Both the position numbers and the translations under genes were made by a program. Source: Neovahlkampfia damariscottae (lineage: Eukaryota). From it: a DNA stretch of 62,494 nt. Shown piece after piece: positions 34,281 through 45,919 of the stretch. The stretch spans positions 1-62,494 of the forward strand of contig JABLTG010000125.1 of the NCBI GenBank assembly GCA_016618085.1, in the 5' to 3' direction. Each line of letters begins with the position of its first letter. The stretch's first letter is position 1. The notes beneath the pieces are model-generated. The model saw only the letters and a list, made by a program, of their open reading frames with translations. It did not search any database and was not told where the DNA came from.

Positions 34281-35081
34281 TTATTCCCAGTCATCTTCGT
34301 CATCATAATCATCATCATAATCATAATAATCATCTTGTTCAAGAGGAAAAAACCCGACGTCATTTATGATCGGTGCATCAAATAGAAAATCATTGATGTC
34401 ATGTGTTGGCACTTCAATTGTACCTTTTACTTTACTTTTTGGATATTCCATACTTGGTGCATCTGGTATTTTTGGTTTCTTTTTCCATTCTTCACATTTT
34501 TTTGATAATTCTTCATTTTTTATGTTTAAATTGATTATATCTTGGACATCAACGGAATTTAAAGAATCAAAAATATCTTTTTTAAAGTCTTTCAATTTTA
34601 AATCATCACAAAAGTTCAACAATTCTTCAATATTGGAAACTGAAAATGAGCATGTTCCTGAGTAGAGAAATTCAATAAAAATATTAAATATTTCAGGTTT
34701 TACATTTGGCAATTTTTTATGTTTTTCTAATATTTTACTGTTTTAAAGTTTTCAAATTCTCAAAGTTTTTTACCATCTTGATTCAATGATATTTTTATAC
34801 ACTTTAATTGGTTCTTTATCTTTTCCAACTTGAAATGTGATAAAAGTTGTATTTTCAAATTTTTCATGAAGTAAAAATTTACCTATTTCTTTGGCTAAAT
34901 CTTCTTCATGTCTTAAAGTCTTTATTGTTAATATTGTTTTTTGTTTTACTTCTGGTGCAACTGGCTCATATTTTTTTTTTTTTTTGGATACAATTCCATC
35001 AACAAGATCATCACTGACTATGCTAGGGTTGAGAGTTGAACCAAACTTTTAAAAAATTAGTCAGAGAAAAAGTCAAACCAT
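34281..35081 (-). CDS. BTB/POZ-domain protein with acidic tail; first coding exon is only ATG (intron 35046-35078)
   Basis: M|FGSTLNPS...FITFQVGKDKEPIKVYKNIIESRC...LPNVKPEIFNIFIEFLYSG. Confidence 0.8.
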
Positions 35082-35117
35082 TTGCAATTTGATTGGTTGA
35101 ATTCAAGAACAGAATTT

Positions 35118-35780
35118 ATGTCGAAAGGAACTGAAGTCAGTATTTATGAAGAATATGAGGCTTTATTAAAAAAGAAAACCAAAGCTACATTCAATATTTG
35201 GAAATGCTTTTGGTATGGATGTCAAAATTATGTAACTTTTTCACAGCTGTTGTTCATCATTTTTGAATTTAATTTTTTTGCTTTGTTTCTCTATTATTTT
35301 AGTATTATTTGCTGTTCTAGTGAATTATATATGGATCATTCAACCTGAAGTCGAATATCAAAATTTTGAACTTATTAGTTTTCGGCTTAACACAGCAAAA
35401 CCTAATTTTTATTTAGTCGGAAAAGTCAGAAATAATAAATTAACAATATTTAGATCAATTTAAATTATAGTTATCATGGGAACATTGATATTTTAATAGA
35501 AAATGTGAAAGTTAATATCACTTATGAAAAACAGAATTTAGTGACAATTCAAAGAGAAAGTGTTGGATTTTTGAAAGGAGTAACAGAGAAAGGGAATCTT
35601 GTTACCATGTTTGATGCAAAAATCGAAACTGTCAGTCCATTAATGCTGCAGCAAATGACAGAAGAATTAACCAGAACTGGAAAACTGAATTTCCCACTAG
35701 ATATGGACATACAAGTGAGGTACATATCCATTCGTCATAAATTTCCATTATCTTTCAACATTGAAGCAAAACCAACTTGA
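35118..35780 (+). CDS. Single-TM LEA_2/WHy-like protein (2 introns)
   Basis: Spliced WKCFCCCSSFLNL..TM..beta domain; end (MTEELTRTGKLNF) resembles 1615-2297 (MKDEIQNSGFLQL). Confidence 0.6.
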
Positions 35781-35900
35781 AATTATAATAAATTTGAAAG
35801 TCAAGAAGATTTTTGAAGATGATTTCTTGATCATCCAAAGAAGTTATTCTTAATTTTACGGAAATTATTTATTTTTAAACTTTGGTGATCCAATCAAACC

Positions 35901-36290
35901 ATGTCAATTACAGTAAATCACAAACCAACATTTAACAAGAATTTAGGAATTAAAAACAACACAAGAAACAGATTTTACAATAAAAAATCAATTATCACCA
36001 AGTGGAAAAGTCATATTGTACATTTTTCAAGACGGAACTCCTGTACATTCAGTTTTAGTTGAAAATTTGAAAAAAAATGCAAAAAAAAAATTAAATTGCA
36101 AATTTTTCATGGTAGACAGTGAAAATTTAGATCCTATATTTTGTGAAAAGCATAAAATTGTCTCTTTTCCGTTGTTTTTTATGATAAAAGATGGTAAAAT
36201 TGAAAAAAAATTAGAGATTGAAACAGGTACGAAAAATAATACTTCTTATCCATAGAATATGGTCTAAATAAATTTTTGGATAAACTATAA
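35901..36290 (+). CDS. Thioredoxin-fold protein lacking CxxC (2 introns)
   Basis: KVILYIF...FFMVDSE...CEKHKIVSFPLFFMIKDGK matches the thioredoxin C-terminal pattern. Confidence 0.7.
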
Positions 36291-36342
36291 ATAAAATTTT
36301 TTTTTCTTTGTAAAATAATTGGTCAAATAGAAAAACAAACAA

Positions 36343-36928
36343 ATGGAATCAAACGATGACAGTTGTTGTTGCTGTTGTTGGCATTCTGGAATGGGCGATT
36401 TTTTAGGTTGTTTTATATGTGAAAGTGGTCCATGTGATGACTCATGTGACTGTTTTATGGATGGTAAAAAAATAAAATTAAATCAATTTTTTAGGAGTTG
36501 ATGATTGTTGTGATGAACCAACAAATCCAAAAAATTTTTGTCCAACTTCTATATTTGTGTGTTGTTGCCTTCCTTTATTTTGTGAAGTTATCAGTTGTAT
36601 GTCATGTATTGCCTGTTGGTTAGTTTGGTTTTTACCACCAGGAGCTATTTTTGTATCAGCATTACCATGTTTACAATCAAAAGAAATGAAAGTTTTTTCA
36701 CAATTTGAGTCTGATCCTCAAGATAGAGCTGATCCAAGTGAAAAAGGGCATGTTCATTTTTGGCATGAAAAAGGATGGTAAAAGATAACATTATTTGAAC
36801 TCAGATTTAGGGTACGTGCATTGTTGATATGTTGTTTATTAACTTTATTTGGATTTGTACCTGGTGTGATATTTGCAAATTATATTGCATTTCGACATGC
36901 TTATAAATTTCTGAAAGATTGTTGGTAA
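36343..36928 (+). CDS. Pmp3/RCI2 (UPF0057)-like proteolipid with Cys-rich N-terminus (2 introns)
   Basis: WFLPPGAIF...LLICCLLTLFGFVPGVIFA after splicing. Confidence 0.75.
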
Positions 36929-37539
36929 GAAAATAAAGGTTTTTATCGATCAATGAATTTTTGAGCATTCACATAAGGTCCTTCTTCATTATACAATTCC
37001 ATGGGTAGCCATAAATCCTTCAACAATGATTATAATTCACACAATGCACTAGTTCCAGAAAAAATAATATCCCTTTTTAAACAAAGTTATAAGTCCAAAG
37101 AGACCAAAGATGATATTCTAACAGAATTGAAATCTTTTGCAAATGTGTATTTTTTCAGTATGATCCAAGCATTACCACAATTTCAAGAAAAAATGAACAA
37201 AAATCTGCATTCATTGAATGGCACTAAATAAAATTTGATTAAATTTTGAAATTATGAAAAACATGAATAGGTTTGGAATCATCATAATAGAAACCATTAA
37301 AACAGAGAGATTTCTTTGAAATGACATGATACCCATTGCTTAACTTTTGTGTCAAAAAAAAAAGGAAATTTAATTCCCTTTTAGGTCATATGTTGTAGCT
37401 TTTGGAGAAGAGATATCCTTTCTCATTTTTTTTCTTCTCTTCAGGATGAATGAAAGGAATAATGATGAGAAAAAAACTAACAATATTTCAGAAATTAATG
37501 TGATTTATTTACCTGTACTATTTTTTGAGAAAGATGAAT

Positions 37540-38194
37540 CTAATTTAATTTTCTTTTATCATCAAAAATTTCCAATAATTTTTTACAAAACATTTGTAAA
37601 GGAAATCCCATAACATTATAATAACATCCATCAATCTTCTTGACAAAACTACCTCCAATTCCTTGAATACCATATGAACCTGCTTTATCCATAGGCTCCT
37701 TCGTCTTGATATATGCTCTGATTATTTCATCAGAAATTTCATCAAATTGAACAATTGTCAAATTTGAAAAAATAATTTCAAAATCTGTAGAAATCAAAGC
37801 AACTCCAGTGCATACAGTATGTTCTCTTCCAGATAAGGACTTCAACATTTCAAAAGCATTTTCTTCACTTGTTGGTTTTTCCAAAATTTTTCCATCCAAA
37901 ATGACGACAGTATCTGAACCGATAACTAAATCAACTGTGCCCTAATTTTTTAAAATACTTTTTTTTTACGTCTTTTTTTTCTTTGAACACATGAATTGCT
38001 TTTTGTTGAGCACTGTGTTTAACAAAATCTGAAGGAGTAGAAAAATTTTTTTTGTCAATTGTTTTTTCATCAAATGATGAAGGTTCTATTTCAAATTGTA
38101 GTCCAATTTGTTTTAAAATTTCTTTTCTTCTTGGTGAACCTGAAGCCAAAATAATTTTCTTTTTGTTGAGTTTGTCCAAGATGTGCACAATCAT
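37540..38194 (-). CDS. maf: Maf-family nucleoside triphosphate pyrophosphatase (one 28-nt intron)
   Basis: IILASGSPRRKEIL, VIGSDTVV, EPMDKAGSYGIQG, NVMGFP. Confidence 0.95.
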
Positions 38195-38335
38195 GACTAT
38201 TGGTTGAAAGTAGAAAACGGTTCTTAAATATTGAATTGAGTTTCAAAACAAAAATACTTTAATTTGAACTGAACTGAAACACAACAAGAATATTTATAAC
38301 TTTTATTTTACAGACAAATTGAATTTGGTTTTCTT

Positions 38336-38539
38336 TTATTTTTCTTTTATGTATTCAAATTTGAATTCCTTTTCAATTTCAATTTTTTGAATTCTGCTCT
38401 TTATGGGTTCGTGAATTTTTTTCTCATTTTTTTCTGAAGCTCTGATGAAAGAAAATTGTAAAAATTGATTTGGATCTCTTTTTAATGGTTGATACAAGTT
38501 GTTTGTTGTTGATTTTTTGTTGGACAGTTCTTCGTTCAT
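38336..38539 (-). CDS. Small hypothetical protein
   Basis: 67-aa ORF from ATG 38539 with an upstream CCAAT; no recognisable domain. Confidence 0.4.
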   Translation of the reverse strand: MNEELSNKKSTTNNLYQPLKRDPNQFLQFSFIRASEKNEKKIHEPIKSRIQKIEIEKEFKFEYIKEK

Positions 38540-38602
38540 GTTTATACAAGTTGTTTTCGAACGATTCAACAAATGATTGGACAATTCATGTTTTGTTTAT
38601 TA

Positions 38603-38700
38603 TTTTCACATTTTTTTTACAATTGATGAATAATTATGAAAGAAAAATTTTTAACAAAGCAGCCATTCACTTAGGAGGTCAGACAAAAGAGCATCTTTTG
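38603..38700 (+). pseudogene. Truncated U5 snRNA copy with its upstream region
   Basis: TTTTCACATTTTTTTTACAATTGAT...CAGCCATTCACTTAGGAGGTCAGACAAAAGAGCATCTTT matches 41285-41382; loop 1 and the 3' half are absent. Confidence 0.8.
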
Positions 38701-38776
38701 GTTTTTTGAGGAGTTTTGTGTTTCATTTTTTTCATCCAATCATTTTTATCGCACAAATCGCCTTCATCAACTTCAA

Positions 38777-39224
38777 ATGAATTCGTTGGTGAAAAAATTA
38801 TCTAAAACTACACTCAAAACATTAAAATCAAAAATTGTAACAACTAAATTCGAATATTTCTATTGAATAAAGTTCATTGCAGTCGTAAAACAAAATGAAA
38901 AATTTCAAAATTTTATGGACCACCAGAAAATGATTTTGAAGCTTCAGGACTTTTACCAACTGATTTTCATTTAAAAATATACCAAATTATAAAACAAAAA
39001 ATTTATGATGAAATCAAAATACCAATGGAATTAAAGTTCAAGTAATTTTTCGAATTTTTTTTTTAATTCAAAAGGTCTTTCCGAAATTCACCAAACAAGT
39101 AAACAACGAATTCATTTTCACTTATAAAATTGAAATTACAAATGAAACAGAAAAATCAGTCCAATTGAAATCAAGATTTTGGAAAATCATTCAAGACTCT
39201 AGCTTTGAAAAAATTAATTTTTGA
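38777..39224 (+). pseudogene. ApaG-domain pseudogene, frameshifted and 3'-truncated
   Basis: TNGIKVQ|VFPKF...FTYKIEITNETEKSVQLKSRFWKI matches the ApaG N-terminal half; upstream frames are broken. Confidence 0.75.
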
Positions 39225-39516
39225 ATTTTTTTTTTTTTTTTACAGCAATTTCCGGTTTCAATCTGTTTCCGAAATAACCTAATACTGACATGATTACACT
39301 TGAAATAAAATAAATAATCATCAATATCGAGGTGTCAAAACGAAATTTGAATTCCAAGAAGGTATTGTCTCCAATGGAGGGTGCAAAAAACAAAAATTAA
39401 CAAACATATGGATATTACAATTAAAAATAAAGACAGTAACTTCTTCACTTCTACGTCATGTTTTTTTATTCAACCAATAATCAACATTGGCCAAACAAAA
39501 ACTTTTTAACTAGAGC

Positions 39517-40202
39517 ATGGCAAGAACCAAACAAACTGCCATAGCCACAAGACGCTCACAGTAAACAAAGAAAATAGAAGAAGCTATCTTGAAAAATGAA
39601 TACGAAACAAAAGTTATACCAGGAATCTATTGAAAAAAAAAAAAACAAAAAATTGAAAACTCACCAATTTTTGAAATTTACATCTCCACCGACTTTAATA
39701 TTCTTTCACAATATAAACCACATGGTTTTAAAGAGCTCAGTTTCACCCAAGAAATTTTTGATTTTTTTGTTGGTTTTCAAGACGCTCTTATATTGACCAA
39801 AAAATTTGAACTGTACCAATATCATCACGATGAAACTAAGTTTGAACTCATTTCAAAGTATGTCATTGATTTTTCTGCTCGTCATGAATATTGTATTTTT
39901 CAAAAATGTGATGGTACCATTTGGGGATTTGGAAAAAATTCTTTTTTGGATTTTCGAAAAGGAGATGAATTTTTGAAACCAGTTAGACTGGAATATATAT
40001 CGAAAATTATTCACCTTTGAAACTTTATGTCACTGATGATTGTATTTTTCTTTATGATGTTCGTCGTGTTCTTTGGTCCACTTGTCAAAGCAATGATTGT
40101 ATGGCAGGTAGATATTTCAATTCCAGTGATGAAGAAGAACATGGGGAAACATTTGATACTGTTGATTTCATCAAAAATGACTTTATAAAACAGAAAAATT
40201 AA
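39517..40202 (+). pseudogene. RCC1-like repeat pseudogene starting with histone H3-like MARTKQTA
   Basis: One frame 39517-40020 with stops at 39562 and 39631, frameshift near 40017; contains DGTIWGFGKNS. Confidence 0.65.
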
Positions 40203-40214
40203 TCCTTTTTTGAA

Positions 40215-40760
40215 TCATAATTGAAACCACGACCTCCCGAATCCACAACACAACCATTTAGAATCATGATTGACCAAACAACTTGAATGTTGATAAAAAC
40301 TTTTTTTGTTCAATTCACCAGCATCACAGAACTCAATGTTTTTGGTGTCTTTTTTGTATCGATAAATATTTGAATCATTTCCAAAGATTCCAATGAAGTA
40401 TAAAAACTTTCCAACTGAAATCATGGATCTGCGTTCAAAGTGACTGTCAACATTTGAAATTGATTTTTTCAATTGAATCCATGAATTATTGTTTTCGGGG
40501 AAGAACTGATACAATACATCTGTATAAATGAAATATATTCTTCCATCTTGGTCGATGATAGCATCAGAATCCTGATAAATCGGAGGTACATCTCCAAGTG
40601 TGAAAATCAAGTCCATTGAAATGTTTCTAAATCATTGGTATAAGTAATCAAGTGTTTATGATTTCTTTTTGGTTCATCTTCTCGGTCTCCACCGAATAAA
40701 TACATTTTATTTTCTGAAATGACAGCAGAAAGACCTGTCAAAGCAATATCTGAATTTTTT
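40215..40760 (-). pseudogene. Kelch-repeat gene remnant
   Basis: SAVISENKMYLFGG and ISVGKFLYFIG Kelch-like motifs in different frames; boundaries approximate. Confidence 0.55.
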
Positions 40761-40852
40761 ACATGAATTTTACCTAAAAATCAAATTATTCAAAAACTAA
40801 AAGATGAAAGATTATTTTTTTCAATTTGAATTAAAAAAAAAAAATCAGAAAT

Positions 40853-41003
40853 TGTCATGGAAATTGCGGTTCTCGAGGTGATGCTTTGAACGCTGTTCAA
40901 CTTTTATTGCCTTATAATATAACTGTTTTTGCTTTTGATTTTGCAGGTTCTGGACTTTCAGAAGGTAAGTGTCTCTTGGATTTTATGAAAAGATGATGTC
41001 AAA
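40853..41003 (+). pseudogene. Alpha/beta-hydrolase gene fragment
   Basis: CHGNCGSRGDALNAVQLLLPYNITVFAFDFAGSGLSEG, then frameshifted VSLGFYE; no start or remainder. Confidence 0.75.
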
Positions 41004-41032
41004 TAGTTTTGTTAATAAAAAGGAAAAAAAGA

Positions 41033-41115
41033 TGCGCCATCGGGGATTCGAACCCCGGTCACAACGAGTTTGCTTTTGTTGGCAACGTCGCATTCTACCC
41101 CTAAACTAATGGCGC
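41033..41115 (-). tRNA. tRNA-Gly(GCC) with a 12-nt intron (41068-41079)
   Basis: GCGCCAT...CGACG-TT-GCC-A-[ACAAAAGCAAAC]-T-CGTTG...GGTTCGAATCC...ATGGCGC-A; intron at the canonical 37/38 position. Confidence 0.92.
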
Positions 41116-41348
41116 TTATATGAGTAATTCTCACAATCCTTGGATATCAAAAATGGGTATTTGAACTCACAGTTTTCTTTTTCATTTCAATGACAAAACC
41201 AATTTGCTGTGGAAATCAACTCTGAAATGAGTATGCAATTCAGTTGATCCAGTCATTCCATTATTTCAATCAAACCCATAAATTTTTTCACATTTTTTTA
41301 CAATTGATTAGTTATTTATAAAAGAGAAAATTTTTTATCAAATCAGCC

Positions 41349-41462
41349 ATTCACTTAGGAGGTTAGACAAAAGCGCATCTTTCGCCTTTTACTAACGATG
41401 CCAGGTTTAACGTCTCAGTATGTGAATCAACCTCATAATTTTTTCTGAGTTACGAGTAACTC
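41349..41462 (+). ncRNA. U5: U5 spliceosomal snRNA
   Basis: Invariant loop 1 GCCTTTTAC (41384-41392) within a GCATC/GATGC stem, closing ATTCAC/GTGAAT stem, Sm site AATTTTTTCTG, 3' hairpin GAGTTAC-GA-GTAACTC. Confidence 0.92.
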
Positions 41463-41545
41463 GTGTTAAATAATAAAATTCATAATTTTTGAAAATAAAC
41501 GTATCTGAATTGTTTCATCAACCTTCAATTCAAATTTTTTAACCA

Positions 41546-41770
41546 ATGAAAAAAGTTCAATACAAATTCTTTTCGGTGAGGTCATTGACCATCATGACAT
41601 TGGGTTTTTGTTCTGCACTCCTTGGTGCAGATGTTGCACATAGATTTTGGAATCCAGATTTGGTTTTATTTTAATTTAGTTTTTTTAATTGATTTTTTCA
41701 GAGAATACCTGATTTTGATCCAGAAAAAGAGGATATTATACCACTTCCACCACGAGAAAAAAACAAATAA
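41546..41770 (+). CDS. UQCC6: BRAWNIN/UQCC6 (C12orf73/DUF4516)-like 61-aa microprotein (intron 41663-41701)
   Basis: ...FCSALLGADVAHRFWNPDL|RIPDFDP, compared with the family motif GA.VVH.YY.PDLTIP. Confidence 0.75.
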
Positions 41771-41853
41771 AATTAATGTCTTTCAATTTTCAATTTATTC
41801 AAGTTCTAAATTTAATTTTTTTTCAGCCAATCGTTATTTTTATAGTTCTAAAC

Positions 41854-43902
41854 ATGCTCAACGTTTACACTGTCCTGTTTGTGATTGCTCTTTTAGCTTT
41901 TCTACTTTATTTTTGGCCAAAATATTTCTACCTTGGTTTTATGCTTCATGGAAGAGCACGTCAACAAGGTACCATCAAATACTACAACTACAAAACAGAA
42001 TTTAACACCATTAGTAAAAAAACTTTTTTTTTAAAAAATGCTATAGATTTATTTGAGGATACTGCACAAAAATATCCAGAAAGAGAAGCTTTGGTTTTTG
42101 AAGATCAAGTTTATACCTATAAACAATTAAATGAAGCAGCAAATAAAATTGCTAATTTTGCCATTTCAAAAGGTGTTAAAGAACAAGATTGTGTTGCTCT
42201 TTTGATGAAAAACAGGTTCTTTTTTATTTCAACATTAATTATTTAAAGACCTGAATTTTTAATCACTTGGATTGGTTTATTAAAAATTAACGCTATTGTA
42301 TCACTTATCAATACAGATATTAAAGGTTTAAGTTTAGAACATTGTTTAAGTGTTTGTGGTTCAAAATTTTTAATCCTTGGAACTGAATGCATTGAAAACT
42401 TTGAAACTTGCAAAAAATCAATCATTTCAGATGTTTATATTTATAATGGAGCTGAGCCATCATCTAAAGTACCTATTAATTATAAATCATTGGATGAAGA
42501 ACTTAAAGATGAATTTACAGCTTCAACAGATCAACCACCTATGAAATATCGTCAATCAGCAACAACAAACAGCAAAGCATTTTTCATTTTCACATCAGGT
42601 ACCACAGGTCTTCCAAAAGCTGCTATTTTAACTCATAAAGTAAATCCAAACAATTTTTTAAATTACAATTCAAGCGTATGGTTGAAATTTGGATTTCAGC
42701 AACAATTTTTTCAGAAGTTGGTTTTGATGATCGTATGTATGTCACACTTCCTTTATATCACACTTCAGGAAATATCATAGGTACTTCACCTTGGTAATAA
42801 AAAAAAAAAATTAATTTTTCATTTACAAGGTACACAGGTGGTTGTGTAATTCTTCGTAGAAAATTTTCAGCTTCAAAATGTTTCGTAGATATCAGAAAAT
42901 ATAACGCAACAGTTTTTCTTTACATTGGTGAATTAATTCGTTATGTTATGCTCACAGAAGAAACACCTGAAGATAAAAATCATAATCTTAGAATAGCTTT
43001 TGGAAATGGACTCAGTGCAAGTGTATGGGAACCTTTTCAAAAAAGATTTGGAGTTCCACGTGTTAATGAATTATACTCTTCAACAGAAGGAAATATTACT
43101 TTACTTAATCTTGGAAAACCACTTGTATGTATTTTTGTAATTTATTAATGAATAGGCTTGTGGATATGTACCACCTTTAGTTCAATATAGACCTTTTTCA
43201 ATTCTTAATCCTTACTGGATTGTTAAGTATGATGATCAAAAAGATGAAATTGTTAGAGATGAAAATGGACTTTGTCAACTTTGTGATGTTAATGAATCAG
43301 GTGAATTATTAGGTAGAATTAATATGGCTAAAACAGCTGCTGCTGGAAATTTTGCTGGTTATCATAATAATCCTGAAGCTTCAAAAAAAAAAATAATCAA
43401 AGATGTTTTTAAGAAAGGTGATGCATATTTTAGATCTGGTGATTTATTAAAAAGAGATTCAAATGGATTCTTTTATTTTGTTGATCGTATTGGTGATACA
43501 TATCGTTGGAAAGGAGAGAACGTTGCTACTGGTCAAATTCAAAATGTTTATTCAAAATTTCAAGGAATTAAAGAAGCAAATGTTTATGGAATTCCAATCC
43601 CAGGAATGGAAGGAAAATGTGGAATGGCTTCAATTGTTGCTGATAATCTTGATTTTGATGGTTTATATGATTTTACAAGAGATAATTTGACACCATATTC
43701 AAATCCATATTTTTTGAGAATTAAAACAGAATTTAATAATACAGGAACATTCAAATATCGTAAAGTTGATTTAGTGAAAGAACATTTTGACATTAATGTC
43801 GTTAAAGATGAGATTTACTTTAGAGATGATAAACAAAAGAAATATGTGAAAATGACAAAAGATTTATTTGATGGTATTATGTCTCAAAAAGTTAAGTTTT
43901 AA
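41854..43902 (+). CDS. Very-long-chain acyl-CoA synthetase / fatty acid transport protein (FATP/SLC27-like), about 5 introns
   Basis: FIFTSGTTGLPKAA, ELYSSTEGN, GDAYFRSGDLL...FVDRIGDTYRWKGENVAT. Confidence 0.95.
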
Positions 43903-43971
43903 TAAAATTTATAAAATTAAATTTTGATTTGTTAAAAAAATTATCAGATTTCATTGGTCAATTTCAAACAC

Positions 43972-45831
43972 ATGTCTGAATCACCAACAATACAAACCGA
44001 TACAAAAAAATCGAAGGTTGAGTTTCCTGGTGAACTAGTATTCTCAGGATATTTAAATAAAGGTTTCAAAAAAATTAATTAACCCTAACAAAAAAAAGAG
44101 GGCTCAAATTGGAAAACTTGGAAAAACCGTTGGTTTGAAATTTATTCAGAAGGAGACTTAGTGTACCGTAAATCACAAGAAGATACATCATATCTTAATA
44201 CTTTCAACATTCAAAATTCTCAATTTTCAGAAACAGAAGAAAAAGGAAAACCTTTTTGTATTAAAATCCTTAAAAAAGATCAAAAATTTTTTTATGTTTG
44301 TGCAAACACATCAACTGATTATGCTAATCTCAAAAAACAACTTCTCGAAATTGAAGGAACAAGACTTGTTGATGATAAAAGTTTGGTAAAAGTTACAAGT
44401 CAAAAAGTAATTTCAATTAAACAAAAAAACAAAAGACCAAAAACAAGATTAGAATCAGTTGGTAAGCACTAATAAAAAAAAAAAAAAAAATTTAACATTT
44501 TTTCATAGATGTCAATAAGTGGTCAACTGAAGATGTTTGTGATTGGATGCAATGTATAACATTAAGATTCCAAAGACCTGAATTAACATCACAATATGTA
44601 AAAGCAATTCAAGATAAAAAAATAACAGGCTATCAATTACTTCAATTAACCTCAGATGATTTAAAAAAATTAAATATAAAAAGTATGGGTCAAAGAGCTC
44701 ATATCAAAGACGAAATTGAAAAACTTGAAAAAAATAGATGTTTGAAAAAAAAAAATATTAATCTTCCATTTTTAGACTTTGACCAAAAACAACAATCCAT
44801 TTTTTTAAAATTTTCAAAATTGGATGTTTCAAATAATAAACACATAAAAATGGGTAATTGGGTAGAGAGCTTATGTGATGTTGAACAAATTCAAAAAACT
44901 TATTTATCAAATAACTTGGATAGTTTACCTCTTGAAGAATTTGTTGATCAAGAAGATATGCAAGAAATTGAAAAAGAAAAAAAAATTCAAAACCTTCAAG
45001 GTGGTAAAAATGTAAAACTCAGAGTTAAGTTGGTAATTACTGAAATATGTCATTCCGACACTGATAAAGCTTTGAGAATGGTTCTTTCACCTATTATATC
45101 AAAAATACCAATTGTAAATTCAGGTGATTTTGGTTTATTTCATACAGGTTCGTTTTTTTTTTTTTTTTTTAAATTTTTTTTTTTTTTAAGCTTTGATTAT
45201 TGGACCATTTTATTTAGAATGGACAGATTCATCATTATGTGTACCAAAGAAAATGGTTTCAAGTATGGCTTTATTATCAGCTGATATTGATGAAATTGCT
45301 GTAAAACAAGAGTCTCTCTCTGAATTAACACAAAAAATTGCTGAAGTTGTTGTTAATTGGAATACAAATTATACATACAAAAAAACAAACGTAAATCCAA
45401 ATGAACATGAAGGAAATTGTCAAGATTTTGTTGATGAAATTTTATCGACTGTTGGAATTAATACAACTGTATTTGGAGGTGCTTTAGGTAATTTCTTGGT
45501 AGATATGAGAACAAAAGGAACTTCAAAGATTCAGTTCACAGCTGATAAATATTTCAAACAATATTTTGGTTTGAAGAAATCAGCATATGATTTTCCTACT
45601 CATAAAGAATTAGATGAATTTGCATGTCAACTTTTAGAAAGAGAACCAATGTTAAAACAGAAATTTCCTTCAGAGTATGCACTTTTAAAATCATTTGATA
45701 GAGCATTTTGGTTGAGATATTTCAAATCACCAAACAATAAAATAACACAACCAATCACAGCAGAGATTTATGGAAAAGAAATTCAAAAATGTCCATTTGG
45801 AAATCCTCGTGAAACAAAATCAATGTTTTAA
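43972..45831 (+). CDS. PH + SAM + permuted papain-like (PPPDE/LRAT-type) protein, paralog 4 (about 4 introns)
   Basis: GYLNKEGSNWKTWKNRWF (PH), WSTEDVCDW...ITGYQLLQLTSDDLKKLNIKSMGQR (SAM), FGLFHTALIIGPF...EGNCQDFV...LLKSFDRAFW. Confidence 0.8.
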
Positions 45832-45919
45832 AGAAAATAAAAAATTTATAAAAAAAAACATGTCAACTGTCAATAACTTATCCAATAAGATTCTTTTTTA
45901 AAAAAACAAAGTCCAAATT

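Noticed and set aside
35232..35246. Another apparent 15-nt intron (GTAACTTTTTCACAG)
   Set aside because: It does not restore the frame; a 34-nt intron from GTATGG to the same AG does.
39517..39564. Functional histone H3 gene
   Set aside because: Only the first 8 codons match; there is a stop at codon 16 and no histone fold.
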